A stretch of DNA of 64,000 bases from a virus: positions 1-64,000 of the IMG/VR virus record IMGVR_UViG_3300034031_000020, one strand, 5' to 3'. The notes beneath the pieces were generated by a model. The model was not told the DNA's origin. It was given only the letters and a program-made list of their open reading frames with translations, and searched no databases. Each line of letters starts with the position of its first letter. Within the stretch, counting starts at the first letter, position 1. The position numbers were made by a program, and so were the translations under genes. Of this stretch, positions 18,137 through 27,352 are shown piece after piece.

Positions 18137-18582
18137 CCGCCGAGCAACTGCTGTTGCCGCTGCCGGGCCCACTCATGGGCCCGGCAGCGGCGCCGCCTAA
18201 GCCGGACGAGTCCCCGGACCGGCGGCGCACCCGGCGGCAGCGCGAAGCGGTCACGAACGGGGTCCACCCCCTCACCGTGTCCCTGTCCGGACCGCTCGGC
18301 CTGCACCGTCAGGCCGCCGAGCAGGGACGCACGTGCGGGAACTGCCGATTCCGGGACCTGATCCAGGGCCCCAGTGCCAGCGCCCACCCGAAGTGCCTCG
18401 TCGAGCGGGGGCCGCACAGCCGGACCACCGCCTACGACTGCCCGTACCCCCGGGTCTCGTTCGGCTCGGGCACGGACGTGCGGAAGTGGTGGCCCGCCTG
18501 CCCTGATCACGAGTGGGGAGACAACGGACTCAGCCCGGACGCCGCCCGGTCCGGGCCTGCCGACGTCAACGCAGACGAATAG
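18133..18582 (+). CDS. hypothetical Cys-containing protein
   Basis: GVHPL, TCGNC, PKC, TDVRKWWPAC; GTGA overlap. Confidence 0.7.
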   Translation: MTAEQLLLPLPGPLMGPAAAPPKPDESPDRRRTRRQREAVTNGVHPLTVSLSGPLGLHRQAAEQGRTCGNCRFRDLIQGPSASAHPKCLVERGPHSRTTAYDCPYPRVSFGSGTDVRKWWPACPDHEWGDNGLSPDAARSGPADVNADE

Positions 18583-18592
18583 AGATCACACC

Positions 18593-19993
18593 ATGACCAG
18601 AGACGCTGACGTCCTGTCCGTACCCGACGACCCATGGGAGGGGATGCTCGACGAGAACGGCGACGTCGTTGAGCCGCCGGACGATGACGCGACCTCGGTC
18701 ACCCGCGCCGAACGGGCGTCCGCCGACCCGGACGACTTCTGGCAGGCCCGGCCGATCCTGAAGCACATCCACGCCTTCGCCCGCAGCCAGCGGGTAGGCC
18801 CGTGGGCGGTCCTCGGGACGGCGCTGGCCCGGGTCATCGCGCAGACGCCCCCGGAGATCCAGCTCCCCCCCACCATCGGCTCGTACGCGAGCCTGAACCT
18901 GTTCGTCGGCCTGGTCGGGGAGTCCGGCGACGGTAAGGACGCCGCGCAGGAAGTCGCCGCCGATGCGCTCTACATCGAGAACCCCACGTTCCGGGTCGCC
19001 CCCCTCGGTTCCGGTGAGGGGCTCGCGCACATGTTCATGCGGCCCGGCAAGGCCACGAAGGACGACCCGTACCCGGAGGCCGAGCAGTACAACCGGTCCA
19101 GCCTCGTCACCATCGGGGAGATCGACTCGTTGGCCGCCCTCGTCCAGCGACAGTCGTCCACCGTGACGACGCAGCTCCGTCAGGCGGCCATGGGGCAGCA
19201 GCTCGGGTTCTTCTACGCCGACGCGGCGAAACGGATGATGGTCCCGCCGCACTCCTACCGGCTGTGTCTCGTCGCGGGCATCCAGCCGGAGCGGTCCGGC
19301 ATCCTGTTGAACGACGAGGCCGGTGGGACCCCGCAGCGGTTCATCTGGCTGCCGACCGGCGACCCCGGCGCGCAGCGCAGCGTCCCCCCGGCGCCGACCC
19401 CCATGATCTGGCAGCCGCCGGACTGGATGTATGCCGAGCGGGCGCACTCCAACGGGCAGATGAGACGACTCGTCACCCTCCCGGAGATCGTCCGGGACAT
19501 GATCATTGACGCGCGGGTGAGCAGGCTCCAGGGGACCGGCGAGAAGCTCAACTCCCACGCGTTGCTGACCCGGGCGAAGGTCGCCGCCGCGTTCATGATC
19601 CTGGACGGCCGGTACCGGCCGGAGGAAACCGACTGGGACCTGTCCGGCACCGTCATGACGGTCTCCGACACGCAGCGGGCCCGCTGCCAGCGCGCACTCC
19701 AAACCGAGGCGAAGAAGGCCAACCTCGGCAAGGCCCTGGCCGACGCGGACCGGACCCTCGTCGTGGAGGAGCACATCGACCGGGTAAAGGTCACGAAGTG
19801 TTCCGAATCGGTCAAGCGCATCTTAAGGATCAACGGCGCAGTGACCAGTGGGGTGCTCCGCCAGAAACTCCACGTCAGTAACCGAGAGTATATGGACGCG
19901 GCGGTTGACGTTCTCCACCTGGCGGGGGAGATTCAGGTCGAGGAGACTGAGTACCGGGGGCAGAAGGGGAAGCGGATATGGCTCCCCGAGTAA
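18593..19993 (+). CDS. replication helicase/initiator, DUF3987 (YfjI)-like P-loop protein
   Basis: SLNLFVGLVGESGDGK Walker A; GIQP; GGTPQRF; C-terminal winged helix; next to the iteron array. Confidence 0.75.
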   Translation: MTRDADVLSVPDDPWEGMLDENGDVVEPPDDDATSVTRAERASADPDDFWQARPILKHIHAFARSQRVGPWAVLGTALARVIAQTPPEIQLPPTIGSYASLNLFVGLVGESGDGKDAAQEVAADALYIENPTFRVAPLGSGEGLAHMFMRPGKATKDDPYPEAEQYNRSSLVTIGEIDSLAALVQRQSSTVTTQLRQAAMGQQLGFFYADAAKRMMVPPHSYRLCLVAGIQPERSGILLNDEAGGTPQRFIWLPTGDPGAQRSVPPAPTPMIWQPPDWMYAERAHSNGQMRRLVTLPEIVRDMIIDARVSRLQGTGEKLNSHALLTRAKVAAAFMILDGRYRPEETDWDLSGTVMTVSDTQRARCQRALQTEAKKANLGKALADADRTLVVEEHIDRVKVTKCSESVKRILRINGAVTSGVLRQKLHVSNREYMDAAVDVLHLAGEIQVEETEYRGQKGKRIWLPE

Positions 19994-20009
19994 CGCGAGT
20001 CAGTTTCGC

Positions 20010-20176
20010 TTTAAGGGGTGTAGGGGTGTACCAGGTACACCCCTTGGCTACAAATAAGCCTGAATCGACGATCATCGAAAAAGGCTCTGACCTGCATATA
20101 TATAAAAAAATGGTCTGATATATAGAGAGGGTTTGCGGCCAAGGGGTGTACCAGGTACACCCCTACACCCCTTAAA
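20010..20176. repeat. putative replication origin: 39-bp inverted repeats with AGGGGTGTA iterons around an AT-rich core
   Basis: 20010-20048 and 20138-20176 are reverse complements with one mismatch; spacer contains ATATATATAAAAAAA. Confidence 0.8.
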
Positions 20177-20213
20177 TCAAGATCACGGCACGTCGAGCGA
20201 AGGAGCCATCCAG

Positions 20214-20882
20214 GTGAGCGAGCGACCCGACAGCGACCACAGCGACAACGTCCCGGACGTGACCACCTCAGCCGGGGAAGACATCACCGAGAACACACAG
20301 CGAGTGACAGACGGCCGTCCGGCGGTTCCTGTCGATGCGGTCGAAGGCCGGACCCCGACGGGCGGCGAGGGCGGTTCGCGGCAGGGCCTGGGTACGGGTC
20401 GGGTGTCGGTGGTCCACGTGGACGCGGCCTCCGGTGCCTCGCTCCCCCCGTTCGACGTCTCGGCGGCGGTCGCGGCGTGCGTCGCGGCGACCGGGGCACC
20501 GGTGGCGCTCACGCCCCCGCAGTGCTGCCCGGTGTTCCCGGACGGCGCGCATCGGTGCGGCCTGCCCGCGACGCACCTCGCTGGCACCTCTGAGAGCGCC
20601 GTGGAGGGCCGTTCGGCGGCGGACCACGTCTGTGGGTGCGGCTTCGTGTGGTGTTCGACCTCGGGCGGCGTGAGCGGGCTGTGCGCGGACATGGAGCAGT
20701 CGTCCCGGTCGGGCGCTGAGCGGGTCGTGAGCCGGATCGTGGAGCGGCTGACGAAGGTGGGGTACGACCTGACCGACAAGGAGTGGCGGGTCGCGGCGGG
20801 TGCGGGCGGCGGCGGCCGTTCGGGGTTCTCCCCGGTGGAGGTGGTCCGGCAGGTGGCGCGCCGGGAGGGCGCCGATCTGTGA
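20214..20882 (+). CDS. hypothetical protein with Cys/His cluster
   Basis: SD AAGGAG before GTG; HRC...HVCGCG. Confidence 0.55.
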   Translation: MSERPDSDHSDNVPDVTTSAGEDITENTQRVTDGRPAVPVDAVEGRTPTGGEGGSRQGLGTGRVSVVHVDAASGASLPPFDVSAAVAACVAATGAPVALTPPQCCPVFPDGAHRCGLPATHLAGTSESAVEGRSAADHVCGCGFVWCSTSGGVSGLCADMEQSSRSGAERVVSRIVERLTKVGYDLTDKEWRVAAGAGGGGRSGFSPVEVVRQVARREGADL

Positions 20883-20930
20883 GACCCTTCTGGGCGGTAT
20901 GAACTGCCTGCCGACTTGGAGGACCTGAGG

Positions 20931-21638
20931 ATGATCACCAACACGGACGCCCCCGTGCACGGCCACACGGCCGACAGCACGGGGGCGCGCACCGACGAGG
21001 CCCCGACGGATGTCCTCGACGACCGCGCGGATTGTGAGCACTGCCGAGGGACGGGGAAAGCGTTGCGGACGTCGGACTGGCTGGCGGCGTCGTTGACGCT
21101 GTTCCCGACGGAGTCCCCGGAGAAAATGGACTCGATCATCGCGGAGTTCTACCGGCGGCTCGTGGCCGCCGACGAGGGCAAGGACCTGGGCGACCGGGTC
21201 GCCCCGCTGTTCCCGGCGGACCTGACGACGGGTCCGGCGTTGAACTCGAAAGGCAACCGGCAGCGGGACATGCTGCTGCACGCGATCGTGAGCTTGGTCG
21301 AGAACTTCGACCCGGATCATCTGAACTCGGCGAACATGCGCCAGTTGGTGGAGATCCTCCGGAAGGAGGGCCGTAACCACGCCGCATTCGAGCGCCCGGA
21401 CGGCACGGTGCGTGGGGTGACGCGGGCGGAGTACGAGGAAGTCGGCGCCGTCCTGATGACGATGCTGCGGGAAGTGTTCGCCGACCTGTGGCTACCCCAG
21501 TTCGACGCGGGGTGGGTCGAGGCGTACGAGTTCGCGATGATCGAGATGCTGCACGCGCAGCAGCACTATCGGATGCCGGACGGCCGCCGACCGCAGTTCG
21601 GGCGCCGGGTCCGGGCCTCCGTGGGGGGTGCCGAGTGA
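20931..21638 (+). CDS. globin-domain protein (3/3, flavohemoglobin/single-domain type) with N-terminal CxxCxGxG
   Basis: EFYRRL (B9-B10), PLFP (CD1), QRDML (E7), GRNH (F8 His), GV..AEYEEVG (G helix), W..AY (H helix). Confidence 0.85.
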   Translation: MITNTDAPVHGHTADSTGARTDEAPTDVLDDRADCEHCRGTGKALRTSDWLAASLTLFPTESPEKMDSIIAEFYRRLVAADEGKDLGDRVAPLFPADLTTGPALNSKGNRQRDMLLHAIVSLVENFDPDHLNSANMRQLVEILRKEGRNHAAFERPDGTVRGVTRAEYEEVGAVLMTMLREVFADLWLPQFDAGWVEAYEFAMIEMLHAQQHYRMPDGRRPQFGRRVRASVGGAE

Positions 21639-21877
21639 TCACCGGTCAGAAAGTGGTCACGCCGGGGGCTTTGGCCGCCGCGTTCACGGAGTGGGACCGC
21701 CGGTACCGGGAGGACCCGGAGGGTTTCGACCGGGAGTACCAGGCGACCTCGTCGGCGACGGAGTACGGGGCCCGCGCGGCGGAGTACCTGTTGAAGGTCC
21801 TCCGCAGCCAGGGCGGGGTCGCGACCCTGTCCGAGGGTGCGATCGTCCGTGACCCGGTCGTCGAGGGTGACGCGTGA
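21635..21877 (+). CDS. hypothetical protein
   Basis: GTGA overlap; AFTEWDRRYREDPEGF. Confidence 0.7.
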   Translation: MITGQKVVTPGALAAAFTEWDRRYREDPEGFDREYQATSSATEYGARAAEYLLKVLRSQGGVATLSEGAIVRDPVVEGDA

Positions 21878-22119
21878 CGCGCCGGTCCGGCCCCGGGGTC
21901 CGGGCGAAGCGGCAACAGGCCCGCGACGCGCGGCGCCGGGCGGCGAAACCGTTGACAGTGGCCGCGATCGCGCGGTCGGTGGCCACGAACTCGTTGTCCG
22001 GGGCCGTCCTCGGCGGCCAGCCGCGTACGGCCCGGGTCCCGGCGTACCGGGCTGACCCGGCGGTCCAGCGCCCGAACCTGATTCAGCAGTGGATGAGGGC
22101 GAGGGGCCGGACGCGGTGA
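21874..22119 (+). CDS. hypothetical basic protein
   Basis: GTGA overlap. Confidence 0.5.
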   Translation: MTRRSGPGVRAKRQQARDARRRAAKPLTVAAIARSVATNSLSGAVLGGQPRTARVPAYRADPAVQRPNLIQQWMRARGRTR

Positions 22120-22209
22120 GGTGGGTCGAGTGGTTGCATCAGCACGACTGGGAGTTCTTCCTGTGGTGCTGGCTGATGGTGATGATCTTCTGATGGGGTG
22201 GGTTCACGC

Positions 22210-22506
22210 ATGTTGATGACACCTGCCCCGCCGAGGGGCACCGATGAGGCCATCACGATCATCCGGGACGAGGACGGGCGCCTGCACCTGGAGGGCGACG
22301 CCGAGCCGCCCGCGTACACGGCGTTCTCGGCGGAGTTGCTGGCGATGCTGCGCCGCAGCGGCTCGCTGTGGGCGTCGCTGGACGGCGACACGGTCGTGAT
22401 GCGGTTGACGGGCCTGACCCTGCGGTACCAGCTCACCGGGGAGGTCGACCTGGGTGACGCCCACGTCGGCCAGCGGGTCACTGAGGACGGGGAGCCGTGG
22501 CCATGA
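22210..22506 (+). CDS. hypothetical protein
   Basis: Codon bias; ATGA coupling to the DUF1353 gene. Confidence 0.6.
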   Translation: MLMTPAPPRGTDEAITIIRDEDGRLHLEGDAEPPAYTAFSAELLAMLRRSGSLWASLDGDTVVMRLTGLTLRYQLTGEVDLGDAHVGQRVTEDGEPWP

Positions 22507-23042
22507 GGATGCGGCTGGCGACGTCCCGGTTCGACGACGAAACGCGTGTCCTCGTGGAGGCTCTCGACGCTGAGCACTGGAAGACGCTGCGCGACATCAC
22601 GTACGGCCCGTACACGGTCCCGGCGGGGTTCCGCACGGACTTCGCTTCGGTCCCCCGCGTCGCCGTGTGGTTGATCCCCCGGTTCGGCCGGTTCACCCTC
22701 GCCGCGATCCTGCACGACTATCTGTTGACCTTGGTTCGGGCGGGTTCGCTGGCTTCGGTGGAGGCGGACCGGGTGTTCCGGGAGGCCCTGGCCGGGTTGG
22801 ATACCCCACCGGTCCGGCAGTGGTTGATGTGGACGGGTGTCCGGTGGGGCGCGGCGGCGAGCCCGTACCGGCGGGCCGGTTGGTGGCGGACCGCGCCGCA
22901 GGTCCTGGGGATGACGGTGGCCGTGTTGTCGACGGTGGTCATCCCGGTCGCCGTGGTCGCGGTCGCGCTCGGGCTGGCGGTCTATTCGCTGTTCGAGGCC
23001 GCAGCGACCGGCGGGCGCCGCCGGGGCAACCTGACCACGTAG
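22503..23042 (+). CDS. DUF1353-family protein with C-terminal TM segment
   Basis: VPAGFRTDFASVPR, AAILHDYL, EADRVFREAL. Confidence 0.85.
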   Translation: MRMRLATSRFDDETRVLVEALDAEHWKTLRDITYGPYTVPAGFRTDFASVPRVAVWLIPRFGRFTLAAILHDYLLTLVRAGSLASVEADRVFREALAGLDTPPVRQWLMWTGVRWGAAASPYRRAGWWRTAPQVLGMTVAVLSTVVIPVAVVAVALGLAVYSLFEAAATGGRRRGNLTT

Positions 23043-23104
23043 GGTGCGATAGGATTACCCCTGATCGAAACTAGCGGTCCTGCTGCTCGATCAGCTTCGC
23101 GATA

Positions 23105-23133
23105 GCGCCGGTCACCCAGTGGGTGACCGGCGT
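23105..23133 (+). terminator. intrinsic terminator-like hairpin
   Basis: GCGCCGGTCACCC-AGT-GGGTGACCGGCGT then TTC. Confidence 0.55.
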
Positions 23134-23142
23134 TTCGTGTCT

Positions 23143-23209
23143 ACACGGCACGTGGGCCCTTGCCACCTGGCCGCCCGTGCCGTGTGATCGACGCACAGGG
23201 CGGCCAGGT
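23143..23209 (+). promoter_or_regulatory. predicted H-type pseudoknot in the leader of gene 23239
   Basis: 23143-23152 pairs with 23176-23185; 23165-23176 pairs with 23198-23209. Confidence 0.55.
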
Positions 23210-23238
23210 TCGGTCCCCCGCGACGAAAGGACCCCGAC

Positions 23239-23604
23239 ATGGCCGTGATCACCCCCACCGGACACAGCCCGCTCTCCGCGCAGTGGGGCCAGCCCACCGC
23301 CGGGCAGGTCGTCACCCCCGCCACCCCGAACATCGGCGGGGACACGGTCCCGCTTCAGGGCACGTACGTGCTGCTGCGATTCCAGACGACCGGTACCGCC
23401 ACGGTGATCACCCTGGACTCCGTCGAGTTGTCGAACTTCGGGACCGACGTCAACGTCACGATCACGATGACGGCGACGCAGATCCAGAACGTGGCGATCA
23501 AGACCGACAGCCGGTTCAAGCAGACGACGGGGAACGTCGGGAATCTGAACCTGTCGTACACCTCGGTCACGGGTTTGACCCTGGAAGCGTCGTACGTGGC
23601 GTAA
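23239..23604 (+). CDS. putative virion decoration protein (beta-rich)
   Basis: SD GAAAGGA; T/V/G-rich, low charge; own terminator. Confidence 0.7.
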   Translation: MAVITPTGHSPLSAQWGQPTAGQVVTPATPNIGGDTVPLQGTYVLLRFQTTGTATVITLDSVELSNFGTDVNVTITMTATQIQNVAIKTDSRFKQTTGNVGNLNLSYTSVTGLTLEASYVA

Positions 23605-23624
23605 TCTGGACTCCGACCCCCCTA

Positions 23625-23658
23625 CGAAGACCCGCCACCCCCCGTTGGCGGGTCTTCG
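23625..23658 (+). terminator. terminator hairpin
   Basis: CGAAGACCCGCCA / TGGCGGGTCTTCG 13-bp stem. Confidence 0.7.
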
Positions 23659-23804
23659 GCCGTCTGAGAGCGTTTCTAAGCCAAGATCCTCCCGACGGTG
23701 CCCAAGTCCCCGGCCGAGCCCTGTTCGGCACTGAGGCGCCCGGCGGGCCCGGTCGCCGGGCCGTTTCCTTGCCGACCGACTGATCCCCGGCGCATGATGT
23801 CCGC

Positions 23805-23993
23805 ATGGCGGTCGGGCGGCGTGACAACGGGGACACCCCGGACGACTCCGCCGCCCGCTTAGCCAGCCAGGAGGACCACCGCTGGCTGACCGACACCGAG
23901 GACGAGCCGGAACCGCGCCGCCCCGCGCTGAAAGTCGGCAGAGTCCGGCTCCGGAAGGTGCGGGCGGTCCGGGGCGCCACCCGCCGCCGGTGA
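23805..23993 (+). CDS. small hypothetical protein, probably leaderless
   Basis: TTGCCG-18-CATGAT promoter ends 6 nt before the ATG. Confidence 0.45.
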   Translation: MAVGRRDNGDTPDDSAARLASQEDHRWLTDTEDEPEPRRPALKVGRVRLRKVRAVRGATRRR

Positions 23994-24304
23994 CCCTGGT
24001 TCACCAGGGCCCACCGTGCGACGATCACCCCGTGAAGTCATGGGACTGCCGTCCCGGCCGGGGAACCCCCGTCGACCGGGACAAGCTACTCACCCTCGGG
24101 TACCTGGCGCGTGGCCGGACCCGGTCGAACGTGACGGAAGGCCGGGCCCACCCCGACACCGGGCGCCCGTTCAAGACGGTCGAGACCGAGGCCGGTTCGG
24201 TGACCGAGCACGCGACGCCCGACGACCGCGTTGACGCGGTCGCGAAGGTCGACACGGTGAAGGCCGTAGCCGACCCCGCCTCAGGAAAGGTCGAGAACCG
24301 ATGA
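23990..24304 (+). CDS. hypothetical protein
   Basis: GTGA/ATGA overlaps. Confidence 0.65.
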   Translation: MTLVHQGPPCDDHPVKSWDCRPGRGTPVDRDKLLTLGYLARGRTRSNVTEGRAHPDTGRPFKTVETEAGSVTEHATPDDRVDAVAKVDTVKAVADPASGKVENR

Positions 24305-24684
24305 CGCCGACGAAACCGAAGACCTACGGCGACGCGGTCGCCAAGGCCCGGGACATGGTGGCCGCCGCCCGTGTCGCCGACCCGGGCGAGCATTTCCCCT
24401 ACCACAGGGGTGCCGTCGAGGCGCTGCTGGACGCGAACGAGCCAATGCCCGTCGACGACGCCGGTGACGACGACCGGACCGTGCACGACTACACCTCGCA
24501 GGCCATCGTCGAGGCGTCGGAGCGGACCGTCGACGCGCAGGAGGCGTACCTGACCGACGCGACCGAGACCAACCGGACCGCGTACTACGACGCACAGGAC
24601 GCGCTCGTCGCGGCCCGCCGCGAGCACCGTGCGCACCGGACCGGTACCTACGTGGGTGCCCGCGCCCGCAGGGCGGGGGAGTAG
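24301..24684 (+). CDS. hypothetical protein
   Basis: ATGA overlap, codon bias. Confidence 0.7.
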   Translation: MTPTKPKTYGDAVAKARDMVAAARVADPGEHFPYHRGAVEALLDANEPMPVDDAGDDDRTVHDYTSQAIVEASERTVDAQEAYLTDATETNRTAYYDAQDALVAARREHRAHRTGTYVGARARRAGE

Positions 24685-24686
24685 CC

Positions 24687-25163
24687 ATGGCGATCACCGC
24701 GAGCGGCCTGTACGTCCAGAACATGATCGACGAGTTGGACGTCACGAACCTCGGGTTCGACTGGACGCTGACGACGCACCGCCTGTCGTTGATCTCGAAC
24801 GTCGCAACCCCGAACTTCGACACCGACACCGTCTGGAGCGCCACGAACGAGGTCAGCGGGACCGGTTGGGCGGCGGGCGGGGTGCTGCTGTCCGCCGCCG
24901 CCGCCGGGGGCACGTCCACGGTCCCCACCCTGACGGTCAGCCCGGCCGGGACGATGATGTACGACATGAACGACGTCGCCGTGTCCGGCACGACGGTGAC
25001 CAGCGCCAGGGCGGTCCGGCTGTACGCCGACGCGTTGACCACGCCGACGGCGGACGCCCTGATCGTCCTCATCAACTTCGGCGCGGACTTCAGCACGAAC
25101 AACGGCACCTTCGGGATCCAGTTCCCCGGCACCGGTGTGATCGCCCTGGACCTGACGCCGTGA
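24687..25163 (+). CDS. putative virion fibre/filament subunit
   Basis: NEVSGTGWAAGG and LINFGADFS..NGTFGIQF motifs recognised from small phage structural proteins. Confidence 0.7.
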   Translation: MAITASGLYVQNMIDELDVTNLGFDWTLTTHRLSLISNVATPNFDTDTVWSATNEVSGTGWAAGGVLLSAAAAGGTSTVPTLTVSPAGTMMYDMNDVAVSGTTVTSARAVRLYADALTTPTADALIVLINFGADFSTNNGTFGIQFPGTGVIALDLTP

Positions 25164-25188
25164 CCTCGCCGAACGCGAGGGGGTAGCG

Positions 25189-25581
25189 GTGGGTACCGAC
25201 AGTTCCGTAGCGATCACCGCAGGATCAGGGACCTCGATCGACACGTTCGCGAAAACCGACGGTCAGCACCAGCAGATCGTCCGGCTCGCGCAGGGCGACA
25301 CGGTCACCACGAACGCGTGGGCCGCGAGTACGACCGCCGCGACGAGCGTGGTCGCCGCCGACATCAACCGGCTGATGGTCTTGATCCTGAACAACTCGAC
25401 CGGCCGGGTGTATCTGCGGTTCGACGCGACCGCGCCGACCACCGCCACGAACGGTCACCACCTGTGGTTGGACCCCGGCGACATGTACGAGTGCCCCGTG
25501 GAACTGGCGACGCTGGCGGTGTCGATGCTCGCGGCCACCGTCAGCGGGCACGTCGTCTCGACACTCGTCACGGAGGCGTGA
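25189..25581 (+). CDS. putative virion protein (beta-sandwich)
   Basis: ILNNSTGRVYLRF...LDPGDMYE pattern. Confidence 0.65.
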   Translation: MGTDSSVAITAGSGTSIDTFAKTDGQHQQIVRLAQGDTVTTNAWAASTTAATSVVAADINRLMVLILNNSTGRVYLRFDATAPTTATNGHHLWLDPGDMYECPVELATLAVSMLAATVSGHVVSTLVTEA

Positions 25582-27342
25582 ATGCCCGTCACCCGGCTCC
25601 AGTCCTCGCAGAAACCCGACTTCTGGTGGGCGTTCGGCCACTCCTGGCTGGAGAACCAGCTCGGTAGCCGCAACCAGACGGGCCGCCCCGACGGGATGTT
25701 CCGCGCGGCGAACGACATCGAGTTCAACAACTGGCGCAACTTCGCCGTCACCGGCTCCCGGATCATTCAGCAGGGCGTCGCGCAGGGCGGGTACTCCCGG
25801 CTGTTCCAGTCCGTCCCGAAGGTCTCCTTCGGTGCGCCGTACGTCTCCCAGGACGGCGGCCTGATCCTCTGCTGGGGGATCAACGACATGGGCAAGTCGG
25901 GTCCGGGTGTGACGTACATGAACGCGTTCATCGACGCCCTACGGTCGTGCGTGGTGCGGTGGCGGGCCGGTTCGTTGCGGGAGAACACCGATGCCTCGAT
26001 CGCGTGGGGCGCCGGGTTCGGCCTGTCGTCCGGCAGCGACGAGTGGACCTCCGGCAGCTCGTACCGGACGGCGACCACGACGACGAGCGCCACCTTTACG
26101 ATCACGATCCCCGCCGACTACACCGGGACCCCTATCTCGATCGTCTACAACGGCATCGTCAACGGGGGCACGGTCACGTACTCGGGGACGGCGGGCGTGA
26201 CGGGAACGTTCTCCACGTCGGCGATCATCCCGGCGGGTGAGGTGTCGCACTGCCCCCGCACCCACCGGATCAAAACGTTGACGGCGGCGAACGCCGGTCA
26301 GACGATCATCGGAACCGTCACGCAGATGGACGCGTCCGGCTCCGTCGACTTCGACTGCTACATCATCGAGGCGGAGAACTCACCACCGGTCATCCTCTGC
26401 GACATCGCCCGTTTCAACACCCTGGGGTACAGCGGGTTCCCGCAGCTCTCCGGGAACACCGTCGCGGTGAACGACGCGTCCGTCCAGACGTGGAACACGG
26501 CGATCTACAACCTCGCGGCCGAGTTCGACCCCATGGTCCAGGTCGCCTACTTCGACGCGGCGATCAACAAGGACGCGTCGAAGCTGTGGTCCGTGGACGG
26601 GGTGCACCCGAACGAGAAAGGCTCGGCGGTGCTCGCCGATGCCCTGTTGGACGCGCAGCGCCGGTTCCGCCCGTCGGCGACGACGGTCACGTCCCCGCCG
26701 ACGGGAATCACCGCGTCCATCAACCCGCCGTCACCCCGGGAGGGCGCCCTCGTCCGGCACCACGTCACCGGCCTGAACCGCTGGTACACGGCGGAGTTCT
26801 TCGGCGGGTACGGCACGGCGTACACGCCGGTGGCGGGGGACATGTGGGCGATCCCCGTACAGGTCACCGTCTCCAACGCCCGGGTGAGCATGTTCGGCGT
26901 CGATCAGGTGGCCGCCGGGACCGCGACCGGCACGATCCGTTGGGGCCTGTACGACGACCCCGGCGGCACCGGGTACCCGTTCTCGTTGATGCATGAACTG
27001 ACGGCGTCGTCGGGTGCGTTCACGCTGACGCTGGCCACGGGCATCAAAACCAGTCCCGCGCCGACCGCGTCGGGGAGCATCGACAAGCCTCTCGATCCGG
27101 GGCTGTTCTGGCTGTGCCTGAAAATCATCACCGCCGGTACGGGGATCACCCTGCGGACCCTGCTCGGCCCGAACCTGATCGTCTCCCCCGTCAACCACTC
27201 CACCGGCGCCGCGCTCTCGGCGACCACGTACGGCATGGGGTACAAGCTGACCGGGCAGGGAACCACTGTCCTCCCGGGCCGGTACCCGACCACGGCGACG
27301 CAGTCCGATGCGTGCCCGATGGTCTCGTTCCGGCTGACGTAG
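25582..27342 (+). CDS. SGNH/GDSL hydrolase-domain virion protein
   Basis: Blocks FGHSW, NFAVTGS, WGIND, DGVHPN. Confidence 0.85.
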   Translation: MPVTRLQSSQKPDFWWAFGHSWLENQLGSRNQTGRPDGMFRAANDIEFNNWRNFAVTGSRIIQQGVAQGGYSRLFQSVPKVSFGAPYVSQDGGLILCWGINDMGKSGPGVTYMNAFIDALRSCVVRWRAGSLRENTDASIAWGAGFGLSSGSDEWTSGSSYRTATTTTSATFTITIPADYTGTPISIVYNGIVNGGTVTYSGTAGVTGTFSTSAIIPAGEVSHCPRTHRIKTLTAANAGQTIIGTVTQMDASGSVDFDCYIIEAENSPPVILCDIARFNTLGYSGFPQLSGNTVAVNDASVQTWNTAIYNLAAEFDPMVQVAYFDAAINKDASKLWSVDGVHPNEKGSAVLADALLDAQRRFRPSATTVTSPPTGITASINPPSPREGALVRHHVTGLNRWYTAEFFGGYGTAYTPVAGDMWAIPVQVTVSNARVSMFGVDQVAAGTATGTIRWGLYDDPGGTGYPFSLMHELTASSGAFTLTLATGIKTSPAPTASGSIDKPLDPGLFWLCLKIITAGTGITLRTLLGPNLIVSPVNHSTGAALSATTYGMGYKLTGQGTTVLPGRYPTTATQSDACPMVSFRLT

Positions 27343-27352
27343 GGGGAACCCG

